DNA from: Octopus sinensis
Taxonomy: Eukaryota
DNA: 64,000 nt
Direction: 5' to 3'
Assembly: GCF_006345805.1 (NCBI RefSeq)
Contig: NC_043000.1
Location: 40,548,001-40,612,000, forward strand
Part shown: positions 27,079-39,779 of the stretch, piece after piece
How positions within the stretch are numbered: the first letter of the stretch is position 1
Layout: each line of letters begins with the position of its first letter
Made by a program: the position numbers and the translations under genes
Notes under the pieces: generated by a model
Databases searched by the model: none
What the model was told of the DNA's origin: nothing
The model's input: the letters and a program-made list of their open reading frames with translations, nothing else

Positions 27079-27129
<51 letters not shown>

Positions 27130-27170
27130 TGTATATATATATACATACATACATATATGTATATATATAT

Positions 27171-27201
<31 letters not shown>

Positions 27202-27202
27202 A

Positions 27203-27282
<80 letters not shown>

Positions 27283-27433
27283 CATATATATATATACATA
27301 TATATATATATATTATATTATATATATATATATACATACATATATGTATATCATATATTATACATACATATGTATATATATATATATATATAATATTTAC
27401 ATATATGTATATATATATATACATACATACATA

Positions 27434-27488
<55 letters not shown>

Positions 27489-27492
27489 ATGC

Positions 27493-27550
<58 letters not shown>

Positions 27551-27551
27551 C

Positions 27552-27582
<31 letters not shown>

Positions 27583-27590
27583 GATAAATA
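26970..27590. repeat. (TA)n-rich compound microsatellite
   Basis: Source of the poly-YI ORFs; contains internal duplicated blocks. Confidence 0.95.
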
Positions 27591-28242
27591 GATAGATAGA
27601 TATATGCTTATGTTTGTGTTCATATCGATATAAATGCACATGCATAGATGCACAAATTCACATAAACTCACTCAACCAACATCCGTTGCACTTACGCACA
27701 TCTTGTTTGTATTCAACCTTATGGCTGTTTATATATGCCCGCATGTGTGTGAGTGTGTGTGAGTTCGTGTGAGTGCATGTGTGTGTGTGTGTGTGCATGT
27801 GTATATATGCATGTGCGTATGTGTGGCACATACACGTTGATCCCACATCCCCGATACTCTCATTTATCCACAGAAACAGGTTTCCATTTCCGTCACAACT
27901 TCCAACACTTTTTATTCACTTGGTATTGAACTCCTATCCACTACCCACCACTTTCACACTTATTCCTGACATTCAACTCCCACCCAACACAAACACCTGC
28001 ACACACAAACAACCCCCTCCTTACACAAATACATACACACACATACCTACACAAACACACTCACACTGTGAGTCACGATTAAGAAGTAGGGTAAGGGCTC
28101 ACTAAAATCACGTGATTACTGACCGTATTTTCACCTCTGCTTTTCCATAGATTACGAACGACAGATTTCTTAATTTTCTTTTTTATCTTCTTTATCTTCT
28201 TATAATCTTACATTTTTCCTTTTCTTGTCTTCAACTTATATT

Positions 28243-28326
28243 TCTTCTTCTTCTTCTTCTTCTTCTTCTTCTTCTTCTTCTTCTTCTTCTTCTTCTTCTT
28301 CTTCTTCTTCTTCTTCTTCTTCTTCT
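28243..28326. repeat. (TTC)n microsatellite
   Basis: Direct reading. Confidence 0.95.
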
Positions 28327-28859
28327 CGCCCCATCCTCCCATTTTCGTTCTAGTATTTATTCGTCTCCCCACCCTTCTTTTCTAGTTCTATTCCCAAACC
28401 CTTCACCTTCAATAGCTTTATCTTTTCCTTTCACTTTTTCTAACTTTCACTTTCACTTTATCATTAATTCCTTCTTTTTTGTTTCTTTCTTAGCCGATGT
28501 CTTCCCCCTGATCACCATAACTAGCTGCAACAGTAGTGATATAAACAATAGCAATAATAATATTCCTTTCTTTTTTGGGCCACAAGGGACTATAAACAAC
28601 AACAACAACAACAACACTAATAGTTTAAAACTATGGCACAAGACCCGCAGTTTTCGTGGGTAGAGGTTGGTAGATTACATGGACCCCAGTACTTTATCGG
28701 TACTTTGTTTAATCAGCCTAGAAAGGATCAAAGGCAAAGTAAGCATTCCCCAAAAGGGTATGCTAAGCTTTTCTCTTTCAACAGCCAGAAAACACAAATG
28801 CTACATATATAAAGAGAACAACATCGCACCACACAACCCTTGCACTCTGTTTCAGGCCC

Positions 28860-29450
28860 CACAATAGCTAAGATTATCGGGTCTCACTATCACTGAAGAT
28901 CTTTGCTGACGAAGTTAATATAGCTAAACTACTGCCAAACGACCGGCACTTCTTTGCGGAAACAGAAGATCATTCATCCTCTAGAAATTAATGGAACACT
29001 GCAAAGCTCAGGTAAGAAGTACAGTTGAAGATTGCTCTCACCTTTCAGACGGTCTGGCAATTCCACACCCAGATATTGTATACTGCATCCAGAAAAGGGT
29101 CATTCAAGTGATTGGCACAAAGTCACATACAGACACGTTCCAATTTCTAGGCCACAAATGCGCTGCTTTTTCCCACAGCCTTTTCCACGAAATTTTCATA
29201 TGCTTTTCGGAGTTGACTTCGCTCATGCACACATCATACAAACATTCTCGAATCATCTATCTTTCCTCCTCATCATTCTCGTTGAGTTCAAACCTACAAG
29301 CCCGGCACTAATCACTATATCCAGGCCTTCCTTCTCTGAACGTCGGATCATGAAAGGCACAAATCTCACCGGTCTAGGACGGTCTGCAAAACCTATGAGT
29401 ATTATCCCTTCCTTCTGACTTAGCAAGTACCCCACCCTCCCGCTTCTTGA
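28860..29450 (-). mobile_element. Degenerate Tx1/L1-type LINE ORF2 C-terminal fragment
   Basis: Minus frame ...YTISGCGIARPSER*EQSSTVLLT*ALQCSINF resembles the decayed CxxC...ETVxHxxxxC zinc-knuckle region; multiple stops. Confidence 0.45.
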
Positions 29451-29539
29451 ATTCTGTTAAGATTGACCAAATCATTTATGGATAAAATAAATATCATCAT
29501 AGTAAAAAAAAAGTGCAGTTTATGAAGGTCGTTCCACAG

Positions 29540-30355
29540 TTGAGAGGACTGTTCGTAAGTGGTTCCCTAGGTTTAGGAGTGAAAATTTTGGTCTGGAAGA
29601 TCGTGAAAATTCCAGCAGGCCTACAGTCGTTGATGATGACCAAATAGAAGCGTTAATCAAAAGTGATCCAAGTCATACGACAGGAGACGTCGCAGAGATA
29701 CTCAACATATCTCATATGAGTGTTATAAGACATTTAAAAACACTTGGAGACGTGAATCAGTATGATGTCTGTATGCCTCATAATTTAACAGTAAAATATT
29801 TTTGAACTGCATTTTCATCTGCAATTCTCTACTCAAACGCAACAAAAACGACCTATTTTTTGAAAAAATTGACTGCAGGTGATGAAAATTGGTTTTACAA
29901 CAAAATCGCTTTTAATCACTCCAAACGCCCGTCAGCAACTGAAGGTGGTGCTCTGACTCCGGTGGAATTAGAAGGGCGGTGTGTATTACGAGCTCCTTCC
30001 ACAAAATCAAACGTGGAATTCAGACAATTATTGTTCCCAATTAGACTGATTAAAGGGGGTAATCGATGAAAAACGTCCAGAACTGGCCAATCAGGAGGGT
30101 ATTGTCTTCCTTGGCCAATCAGGAGGGTATTGTCTTCCTTCAGGACAATCTTAGACCATGGTTCCTTGCAGATCCGACAGAAATTGGTACAGCTTGACTG
30201 GGGTGTCCTACCATGCTCATCTTACGCACCTGGCTTTGGACCTTCGAATTACCATTTATTTCGACACCCAAAGCATTCTCTTAATGGTAAGAATAGCAAT
30301 TCTTTGAAAGACTCTAAAAGTTACTTAAATCAGTTCATTAACCATAAAGATGTAG
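29540..30355 (+). mobile_element. Degenerate mariner transposase
   Basis: ERTVRKWFPRFRSENFGLED...RP; KKLTAGDENWFY; LQDN; YAPGFGPSNYHLF. 28-bp tandem duplication at 30084-30139. Confidence 0.9.
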
Positions 30356-30400
30356 TTTTGAGAAACTATCTATCTATCTATCTCCCCATCTCTCAATATA

Positions 30401-30448
<48 letters not shown>

Positions 30449-30453
30449 ATATA

Positions 30454-30500
<47 letters not shown>

Positions 30501-30609
30501 CCACAAGCGCACACAGACATACGCACACACACACGCACGCATACACAAGCATGAAAGAGTTGGAGCTTACATAGAGAGGAAATTAAATGCCAGATTATGA
30601 TTTACTGAT

Positions 30610-30800
30610 GAAACGATATGGTATAATCATATACCAATAAAGATGTCTGAGTATGACAAACTGACAATACTCCGGACATGCCAGCACACACAGACGAGGA
30701 GATCAAATTAAATCGGTTAGGTATCATTTTCGAAGATTACGAGACAAATAAATGTATTTTAATCGAAGTCCCATACTTTTACAAATTGTTTTAGGTACCT
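30610..30800 (+). mobile_element. R4/Dong-like LINE restriction-like endonuclease fragment
   Basis: WYNHIPIKMSEYDKLTIL...HTDEEIKLNR.GII...TNKCILIEVP resembles the WD..I.TD..I..NRPDI..D...CxLI motif. Confidence 0.5.
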
Positions 30801-30899
30801 ATGTAGTCGCGAGTAGACACAGATACCCATAGATCCAGCGGAACACCGAGAATAGGTGAAAGGGCAAGGAGAAAAAGCTGCACTCGCATTCAATTGACT

Positions 30900-31016
30900 G
30901 GAGTAACATGTAATGAAGTGCCTTTTTCAAGAACATATTTGCTCCACATGTTCGACGAATCGAACCCGCGTCTATATGATCGTAAGATGAGCACCGTAGC
31001 CACTAAGGCCATGCAT
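30900..31016 (-). mobile_element. Third tRNA-derived SINE head (family C)
   Basis: Reverse complement gcatggccttagtggctacggtgctc...gcgggttcgattcg...ttgaaaaaggcacttcatt (A and B boxes). Confidence 0.55.
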
Positions 31017-32339
31017 TTTTTTTTGTTTTTGTATAAGGCCAGATTTGAGAGTGGTTAGTGTCGAATGTATCTACTTCAGTAATTGGTTAGTACTTCACTT
31101 CATCTACCCCAAAAATGCAAACTTCGCTTGTATTAGAACTCAGAACGTAACGGACATTTCGTTTCACTACTTTCCTAAAGCCAACTTATGCCTTACCATC
31201 CTACGTTTCCACCTTCCCCACACATCTCCGTTCTACCTTCACTCTTTCAGCCTCCCCGTTCTACTTTTACCCTCATCCCACGCCGCCTCACTGTCCTCAC
31301 ATTTCGCCCATCGCCCTTTCTAGATTCTCCATGATACAAATCAATTAAACCTGTCAAATATATAAATGTGAGGGTCATATAACCCCTAATGGTGGAGATG
31401 GTGGCGATGGCGACGGTGACGGGGATGGCAGCAATGGGGGCGATGGCGGCAGTGGTGGCGATGATGCTGACGATGTGAGTGAGGGATGGCGCTGGCGGTG
31501 GTGTTGATAATGATGATGGTGGTATTGGCGGTAGCTGTGAAAGTAAAAGTGATGACGGTGAGGTCAATGGTGCTGTATCGGTCTTCGTGGAAGTGGTAGT
31601 GGTGATGGCAATGGTAGCGGCGCTGATATCGGCGGCGGTGGCACTTTTGGTAATGATGGTCTTGATAGCGCTTTTGTTGAAGGTGGTGATGGTGGTGGCG
31701 ATGGTAGTAGTGGTGACGGTGGTGGTGGTGGTGGTGGTAATGGTGTTAGTGGTGGTGGTAATGGTGTTAGTGGCAATATTAAAGATGATAATGGTATGAA
31801 CGGTGATAGTGATAGCGATGATGGCTTTGATAATGATGTTAATAATAGTCTTGTTGTTGTTGTTGTTGTTGTTATTGATGGTGGTGGTGGTGGTGGTTTG
31901 ATGATGGTGGTGATGGTGTCGTGATTATGGTGGTGGTATGATGGACATCAGGAAGAGATGAGATGAAATGGCAAAAAGTCACCGAAAAGATTTTATCCAT
32001 ACAGTCTGATGTAGTTTTCAAGATTATCCAGTAAAAACATATCTCTGTCTGGTTACTACATACAAGGATCCTATCTAACAGTTCTTATAAATAGCATCAT
32101 AGAAAACTCTACCGCTCATACAGAGACACACTTATACACATATATTATCACATGCATACAGATTTATACATTTGTACATACATACATACATACATACATA
32201 CATACATACATACATACATACATACACATACATAAACACACACACATACGATACGAGGAGTTTTCGTCAAGGTGACTCAAACCAATAGGTATGCTCTCTA
32301 AGTGTTCAAATAGGTATGCTTTAGCATATATATATATAT

Positions 32340-32425
<86 letters not shown>

Positions 32426-32429
32426 CGTA

Positions 32430-32890
32430 GTATGTGTATATATAATGACTAACTCATACATTTCCACAATTCTCAACCGATTTTCTCTGAACTTATACAC
32501 ATCACTTATGTCCAGCGTAAATGGACGTAAATGGTCATAGTTTTTTCGTATGTAGGGTTTTCTAAAAAATGTTTACATCATTTTATAAAAGTGAAAGGAT
32601 TTTGTCTATTTATTCATTTCCACTGTCTACCTATATAAATTACTGTATGTATGTGTATAATGACTAACGCATGCATTTCCACAATTCTCAACCGATTTTC
32701 ACCAAACCTTACACACACATTACTTATGTCCCAACGATGGTCATGCACTATGACATTTTGCCCAGAGCTTCCGTGTAATTGGACGTAAATGGACATAGTT
32801 TTTTGTATGTAGGGTGTTCCATACGTTTTTAATCTTATTATAACAGTGAAAGGTTTTGTCTATTTATTTCCGCCGTCCACCTACGACGGT
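32430..32890 (+). mobile_element. Tandem pair of Helitron/DINE-like non-autonomous elements
   Basis: Two head-to-tail copies (~32430-32640, ~32645-32890) sharing tataatgactaac...catttccacaattctcaaccgattttc...ggacgtaaatgg...gtgaaagg...ttgtctatttatt. Confidence 0.5.
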
Positions 32891-33761
32891 GATTCAAATG
32901 ACTAGGAACACTCTTCGCGATGAATATCCAATCCCAAACTATCTTAATCTACATATTCAATCTGCATTAAACTTTGTCAAGCTTACCTTTACTTATTCTG
33001 AGCTACTTGAAAGATGGTGTTCCCTTCCATCTCTCGTATTTGTCTAGTGTATATAATATTTTTTGATACCTTTGATTACCTTTGATGCCGTTGTTTCACT
33101 TTAAGGATACTTATTTACCCATCGATAATGATATTTCCACTGTTGTCCATTGTTTCAAATACGTTTTAGTATTGTCGTTCTAGCCTTTTTTAAATACTCA
33201 CATATTATTCGTCCCAAAGAATCAACCTTTAAATCCGAGTTTTGCTTATATTTCAGAAAGCTCCATACCCATTTAACTTTATGCGGCATTCGCTGTTAGT
33301 TTATGCGCAAGCTATGTGGGAGGTCAGAATAAAGGGTTTTGTTAGCTTATCTCTCCGAAAATATAGCTCCCTTTGCTGTTGAATAAATTAAACTCGCAGA
33401 GGGGAAGTTTCAACGTCTTCCTTCAATTTTCTTACACCATTTATGTGGGTGTTTCTGCCAAGAAATTTCGCTTTCATGCAAAACAACTATATTTTGTAGT
33501 CATTATCTGTAATCTACTCCCAAAACACTTCAGTAGCTCTACTTTGTATCGCTTGCAAACTTATACGTTCCATGATCATTAAAGTGCACCGACCTCCACA
33601 ATAGCCAGCCTTCAATTTCATTTTCCGTGCCTGGGTTAATTGGAAACATAGATTGCAGTGCTCCTCATAAAACCTCTCGGTAGTTCAATTATTTGGTGAA
33701 AAAAATACCACCAAAGCAACTTAAACCGTCCGAAGGACGAGTGCGTTTGCTAGTAAGTTTA

Positions 33762-33764
<3 letters not shown>

Positions 33765-33859
<95 letters not shown>

Positions 33860-33877
33860 ACAGCAGCAGCAGCAGCG

Positions 33878-33921
<44 letters not shown>

Positions 33922-33964
33922 CGTAGTAGTAGTCGTAGTAGTAGTCGTAGTAGTAGTAGTAGTA

Positions 33965-33999
<35 letters not shown>

Positions 34000-34045
34000 A
34001 TAATAATAATAATAAAATAATATAATAATAATAATAATAATAATG
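33765..34045. repeat. (TAA)n/(TAG)n microsatellite
   Basis: Direct reading. Confidence 0.95.
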
Positions 34046-34090
34046 ATTTCTTAAGTAACTAGAAGATGTATTTGGTATTAATTTTTATTT

Positions 34091-34176
34091 TGTACAACGG
34101 TCGTTTCAACCCATCCTGCTACTGTCCTTTATGGGTGGGACTCAACATGTTTGCAGTCTAGGTCTCATCAGGTACA
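34091..34176 (-). ncRNA. Type I hammerhead ribozyme with extended stem II, intact core
   Basis: TGTAC-CTGATGA-GACCTA GA CTGC aaacatgttga GTCC cacccataaa GGAC agta GCAG GA TGGGTT-GAAA-CGACCG-TT-GTACA. Stem I 5/5; nested stems IIa, IIb and IIc; cleavage triplet GUU (after 34096). Confidence 0.75.
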
Positions 34177-34217
34177 TCTATGCATGGATATACCTGATGA
34201 GACCCAGACTGATGAGA

Positions 34218-35270
34218 CATTTGGGATATTAGACAGGACACCTTAAGAAATCCACAACCTGGACATCAGGATACTACCAATGACTGGTATGCACTAGAAC
34301 AGTGATCCTAACAAGACCTATGTTATACAGAGGGCTGGGGGTAGAAGCATATGATCAGTCCCGACAGCTTTTGAATATTGCATCGTGACAGACAACATCG
34401 ACTGAACAATAAAGAAAGAAATGATTTCATCATATGTATAATCAACAGTGAAGGTAATAACACCATGGTATTAAGCAAATAAGTTCTGAACAAGTATTCT
34501 CAAGGCACAGCTGTTCCATGTGAACTAAGGGTGATTGGACTAACTTACGTAAGCAGAAACTTGGAAGAGAAATACTCACCATAACTGAGCGTTATGTATG
34601 GATAGTTACTAAGTAACTATCCATTACTGATCAACAAAAGAGACAAGGATATCTCTAAATATCCACGCTGTGATAAAAAGTTTCGATAATAAGATACAAG
34701 CGTGGAAGATATCGCTCATATTATTAGTAGCTCTCAAAAAATCTCCACAAGACACTACCTCTCCATGAGACATGAAATTGTTGCTAAGACGATCGTCAAA
34801 GCCATGTGCAGGAAATATTGTCCGGACTGTCATACCAGAAAGTGTCTGCACTATTAGAAATGAAGAATATTGATAGAACATTCCTATGAAAGCAGCAACG
34901 CAGTATAAGCACAATAGACCAGATATTGTAGTATGGGACAGTAAGTAAAAGTTATGCACTCTCGTGAGGACCAATTGTCTATGGAGAACTAAAGGTATAT
35001 CTACAGCTTTTATAGGTTTTTATTTGTTCCCATAATGTTGCATGCACTGGGTTACATAGCAACAATTCTGTGTTGAAACCTAGAAATGCTTGGTTTCCTG
35101 AAAAAAGAACAGAACGGACTGATTCTTATTTTCCATATACAATCTATCAGAGGAATGTTGAAAATTTGTAAAACAATTCGGGGATTCTCCCTTTGAGGTC
35201 CTTAGGTGAACATGTCCAGAGAATACGTACGGAATACATTTGAACACTCCCTCCAAATAGAATTAATTAG
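34218..35270 (+). mobile_element. 5'-truncated R4/Dong-like LINE (RT end, CCHC, RLE, 3' UTR)
   Basis: FGILDRT..EIHNLDIRI; VEDIAHIISS; RHYLSMRHEIVAKTI; KHNRPDIVVWD. Located next to a (TAA)n tract. Confidence 0.8.
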
Positions 35271-36137
35271 TGGTACTGTGAAAATTAGCAAAATATTCCA
35301 GAGTTTCATTTGATATTCCTGCATTGAAGCTGCATTGAATTATATGTGCATCTAATATACACACAGACACATTTACATGCAAACATAGACGGTAATGAAG
35401 CACACCCACTTGTGTACTTAAGTGACATGAGCACCAACTAAATGAGTGCAAGTTTGCCCACGCACATATGCACACGCACAGACACAGACACAGACACACA
35501 CAGACACACAAACACACACACACACACGAACACTTACAAACTCCAAGAGCTCTCTCGACTTAAACAAAAGAGCCTTGTCACTTTGTCAATGACCGGATGA
35601 AATTCTGCAAAAACAACTTTCATAAATTTCAAAGAAATACCATACGTACAATTTACGTACATACATACATGCATGGATGCATACAACATACATACATGCA
35701 TACATACATACATACATACATACATACATACATACATACATACATACATACATACATACATACATTCATGAAGTGAGTTACTATGATTTCTTTTACTATA
35801 ATATCCATTAACAAGTCTGAGAAACAGAAATCCCATTCTCCAACCACTCTCCTGTTCCCCATTTCCTTACTACCTCTCCTTCCGTCCCTCCTTACCCTTC
35901 TCACGAACATTCCTGTACGTTCTGTTCAGTTTACACATCTGTCATTCAGTCATACTCTTATTCGTCCATTCATTTATCCGCTTTGAGATCAATAGTAATA
36001 TTTTAGTCGGCAGTTTTATATACGTCTAGTATTTGTGTGTCTGAGAGCTTCAGTGTGTGTGTGCGCGCGTGCCTATGTGTGTAAGTGCATGTGATATATA
36101 GAGAAACACAGAAACACACTCAAACACAAAGACATAA

Positions 36138-36264
<127 letters not shown>

Positions 36265-36366
36265 CATATACACATATATGCATATATATATACATATACA
36301 TGTGTGCATGACTCACAATGCATACATAGCTACCAACTCACCTACATATATATTTATATGTGTGTG

Positions 36367-36407
<41 letters not shown>

Positions 36408-36639
36408 ATACATGCACACATATATACACACTTACTGTGCGAATGTGTACGTCGTGAATATCTATACAAGTATATACCGGAGGGGCATGTGTGTACATAC
36501 ATATAAATATATATGTGTGTGTGTGTGTTTGTATGAAGGCATGTATGTATGTATATGTATGTATACACATATATACTTACATAGATAATATTTGCTTATA
36601 AATGTACAAATACACATATAAACATTGGTGTGTACATAC

Positions 36640-36679
<40 letters not shown>

Positions 36680-36874
36680 TTATATATATATATATGTATG
36701 TATGTATGTATGTATATATATATGTATATATATATGTATATATATATGTATATATATATATATGTATATATATAATAATGATAATAATAATTATTAGTAT
36801 TAGATAATATAATGAATGCTTTATACATAGTAGCTTACTGGTAAAGCATGATAACTTTCATAGCGTTCGTTATG

Positions 36875-37268
36875 TATTTGGTTAATGAGAGACGGAAGAT
36901 GGAAGATACGAGAAATTTTATTAATCATTACAATTGTGTCGATCCATCTAACATCGGTCCCTTACGGTTGGATACTTTACAACTGGTTCAGGACCATCCA
37001 ACAGTGCAGAATTGTCTCTTCAGGTGATAAATAGATATAACTCGTTAAAATAACAGTTCCTCAATAAATCTTCTCAATTCGTGCAAAGAAAAGCAGTAAA
37101 GTAAAGGATATAGCTTCATTTATTTGGAAGATCAATAATAAAATAACAACTGTAAAAAAAAGAACACACAATACAGCGAAAAAAGTATTACGTACAACCG
37201 TTAACGGACATGGATGTATAAACGTCCTTGCATAGGTTGTATGGCGCATGTGCACTCGCTCGACACAA
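36875..37268 (-). mobile_element. Copy B of an HHR-bearing interspersed repeat (PLE pLTR/retrozyme-like)
   Basis: Aligns over >=330 bp with 50706-51035 (gagcgagtg.ac..gcgccat; ttttatt..tgatcttc.a.ataaatgaa; tttatcacc; tctcgtat.ttccatcttccgtct). Confidence 0.7.
36920..37032 (-). ncRNA. Type I hammerhead, extended stem II, GAAA mutated to GACA
   Basis: ATTTATCAC-CTGAAGA-[76 nt]-GACA-CAATTG-TA-ATGATTAAT; stem I 7/9. Confidence 0.6.
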
Positions 37269-37450
37269 GGCCAGCAATTTCGGAGTATGGAGTAAGCCGA
37301 TAGATCAAATCCAGTATTCACTTATTTTATCGATTCGGGAGGATGAAAGGCGAAGTCACCCTCGGCGGGATCCGAACCTAGAAAGTAAAGACAGACAAAA
37401 TGCCGCTAAGCATTTTGACCGGCGTGCTAACGATTCTACCAGATCACCAC
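37262..37450 (-). mobile_element. SINE family B
   Basis: Reverse family-B body and head. Confidence 0.8.
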
Positions 37451-37466
37451 CCTTCTAAATAATATT

Positions 37467-37670
37467 CTTTTCTACTCTAGACACAGGGCCTGAAATTTTG
37501 GGGGAGGGTGCCGGTCGAGTAGTATGCAACTGGTACTTAATTTATCGACCCCGAAAGGATGAAAGGCAAAATCGACCTCGGCGTAATTTGAACTCAGAAC
37601 GTAAAGACAGACGAAATACCGCTGAGCATTTCGCCCGTTGTGCTAACGTTTCTGCCAGCTCACCGCCTTC
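37467..37670 (-). mobile_element. SINE family B with 17-bp TSD
   Basis: TSD cccttctaaataatatt at 37450-37466 and 37672-37688. Confidence 0.9.
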
Positions 37671-38329
37671 ACCCTTCTAAATAATATTAGGCTCACTACT
37701 GTTAAATTGAATGAAATTAGATGCAACAGTTAATGATTAGATTAAAGATTAATTTAGACACAAGTTTTTGGTATGTTACATGAGAGATAATTTAAGTGCT
37801 GGGAGAGAATCCTCGAAGAAGTGAACACAGACAATTATCTTAGAATTGGGGAAGTTATGTAGAAATTTTAAGAAAGTTTTATTAATAACTCGTTACGCTG
37901 ATTAATCATATTAGATCTACAAATATACAATTGTTAATTTTCCAGCGTCTCTACTGAGTTAAATTTACAGCTATCACTGTCCCGTCTGTAAGGAAAAGGA
38001 ATACCTACGATACACAGTGAAATGGCGTGGTTTATATTTCCCCCTTTGTAGTCCAAGATGAACTTCACCAACGAAGTGTAGTTCTCTTTTCTTTTGTATT
38101 TAAAAAGATAAAAATAATTATGTATCTCACCTTGAATTTGGAAGCGGTAACACCTATGTAATAATGGACATTCTCAGTGTGTTTTAACTGAGCACTTATT
38201 TACTGAATTATTCTTCAGACATTGGTTATCCAAAGAGCATTTATTACGGTTCCTACAGTTACACATTCTATTAGCTATTGTAGCTATAAAAGGCTTCTTA
38301 CTATACTAGTGTTGATGTTATTACTAAGA

Positions 38330-39300
38330 GAAAATATTTTCATTGCCATTTTCTTTTACTATATGTCTATTATTTGTAACAGACTCAGCTTGGTTTAAAC
38401 AGTTTGAATAAATAAATCTACGCAATAGTATTCAGTTTCTTACTGTGAATAATTGCCATAGTATCCACCAAATTAGGTTTAGTCGAATATGCAAATTTCA
38501 TTATGTATTTGTTTATTGAATGTCTTACTACATCTGCTAGAGGAAAGAAATATTTGTCTAATGTCGTAAAGAAAATTCCCGAAATGTCCGTATCTGACTG
38601 AATACTGTATGGAGCATTTACAACATGTGATATTTCTATAATATCATCTAGTTCTATAAATTTTGATTTCATATTTGTTTTAAGTAGTTTTGTTCCTTCA
38701 CGGTTGTATAACTAGGTCATGGATCTCATCAAAGACTGATGAAACCCCCTACTGGTACTATGTAAGCAAATATTACCTGCTCCATGGTCGAGTGGTCGGT
38801 GACTAAACTGGCTCCCTCTCTTGAATAGCTTGTGAAGAGGGTGTGTGGACACCTAGTAGGAGTAAAGACAATACCTGTGGAAGAGCAGATGAACTTCTTG
38901 TTGGCCAACGGCCATCCAGTTAGAGAAGGCAATGGAAAACAACCCAAATATCTCTATCAAGAAAACTTTATGAGAAAGTCAGAACGAAGTAACGCTATGG
39001 TTTCCTCCGATAAGAGGACTCGCGCTTAATCAGGAATAGCTATTGTGTCATCTATGCTCTGCATAAGCGTACAATACATGACGGTGACGGCGGCGACAGT
39101 GACGGTTGTACGAAATGTTGCGATTCTTCCCTATGTTCAGTCTTCTTATATGTGCCTAAATGGGAGCAAAATTGTGCGAATTATCTAGGTATTTACCATG
39201 GCATTCACGAAAAATAGAGTTAAATAAACAATTTGCGTTTTTATCTGAATTCAAGTATCGCTACTCGCTTTGTGGACTATTTTTAAACTTTTTTTTCTAC
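38330..39300 (-). mobile_element. Degenerate Penelope-like retroelement remnant(s)
   Basis: VVNAPYSIQSDTDISGIFFTTLDKYFFP...SINKYIMKFAYSTKPNL...HSKKL matches the PLE linker motif WFNPPYS..V.TN.G..F...DKHFP....FN....K.SYS..PN. Upstream NFAPI*A and QSIDDTI resemble RT motifs. Confidence 0.6.
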
Positions 39301-39779
39301 TATTCTCTGTGTTATAACAATTCTGTCCTATTTTCATTATCATAATAATTCATATTATTACCTTGCTGTCTATTAAGTCTAGTTTCTTGCATGTGTAGTC
39401 CACTGTTCTTAGGTGTATTCTCGGTATTCTCTTCTGGAATATAATACATATTCTTGGTATATCTTGCCCTGGCTTATAATATGAGGATATTCTGAATTCT
39501 GTAAGAAAATCTCGTCAGATGATAGTCTAGATATTCAAGATGAAACATTACAATCTATGGATTTGATTACGGCTCTAGTATGTTTTGAGTTTTCATTGAT
39601 GTATTGCAGGTTTCATTGGATTTGTGGTGCAAATGATGAAGTTCAGTAATAACGTCAAATGTCATGTATACACACACACAAACACATACACACTCACACA
39701 CACACACACGCGCGCGCGCGCGCGCACGCACACACGCATATATATATAAATACACGTCATGAGATATTTAAACAGATCT

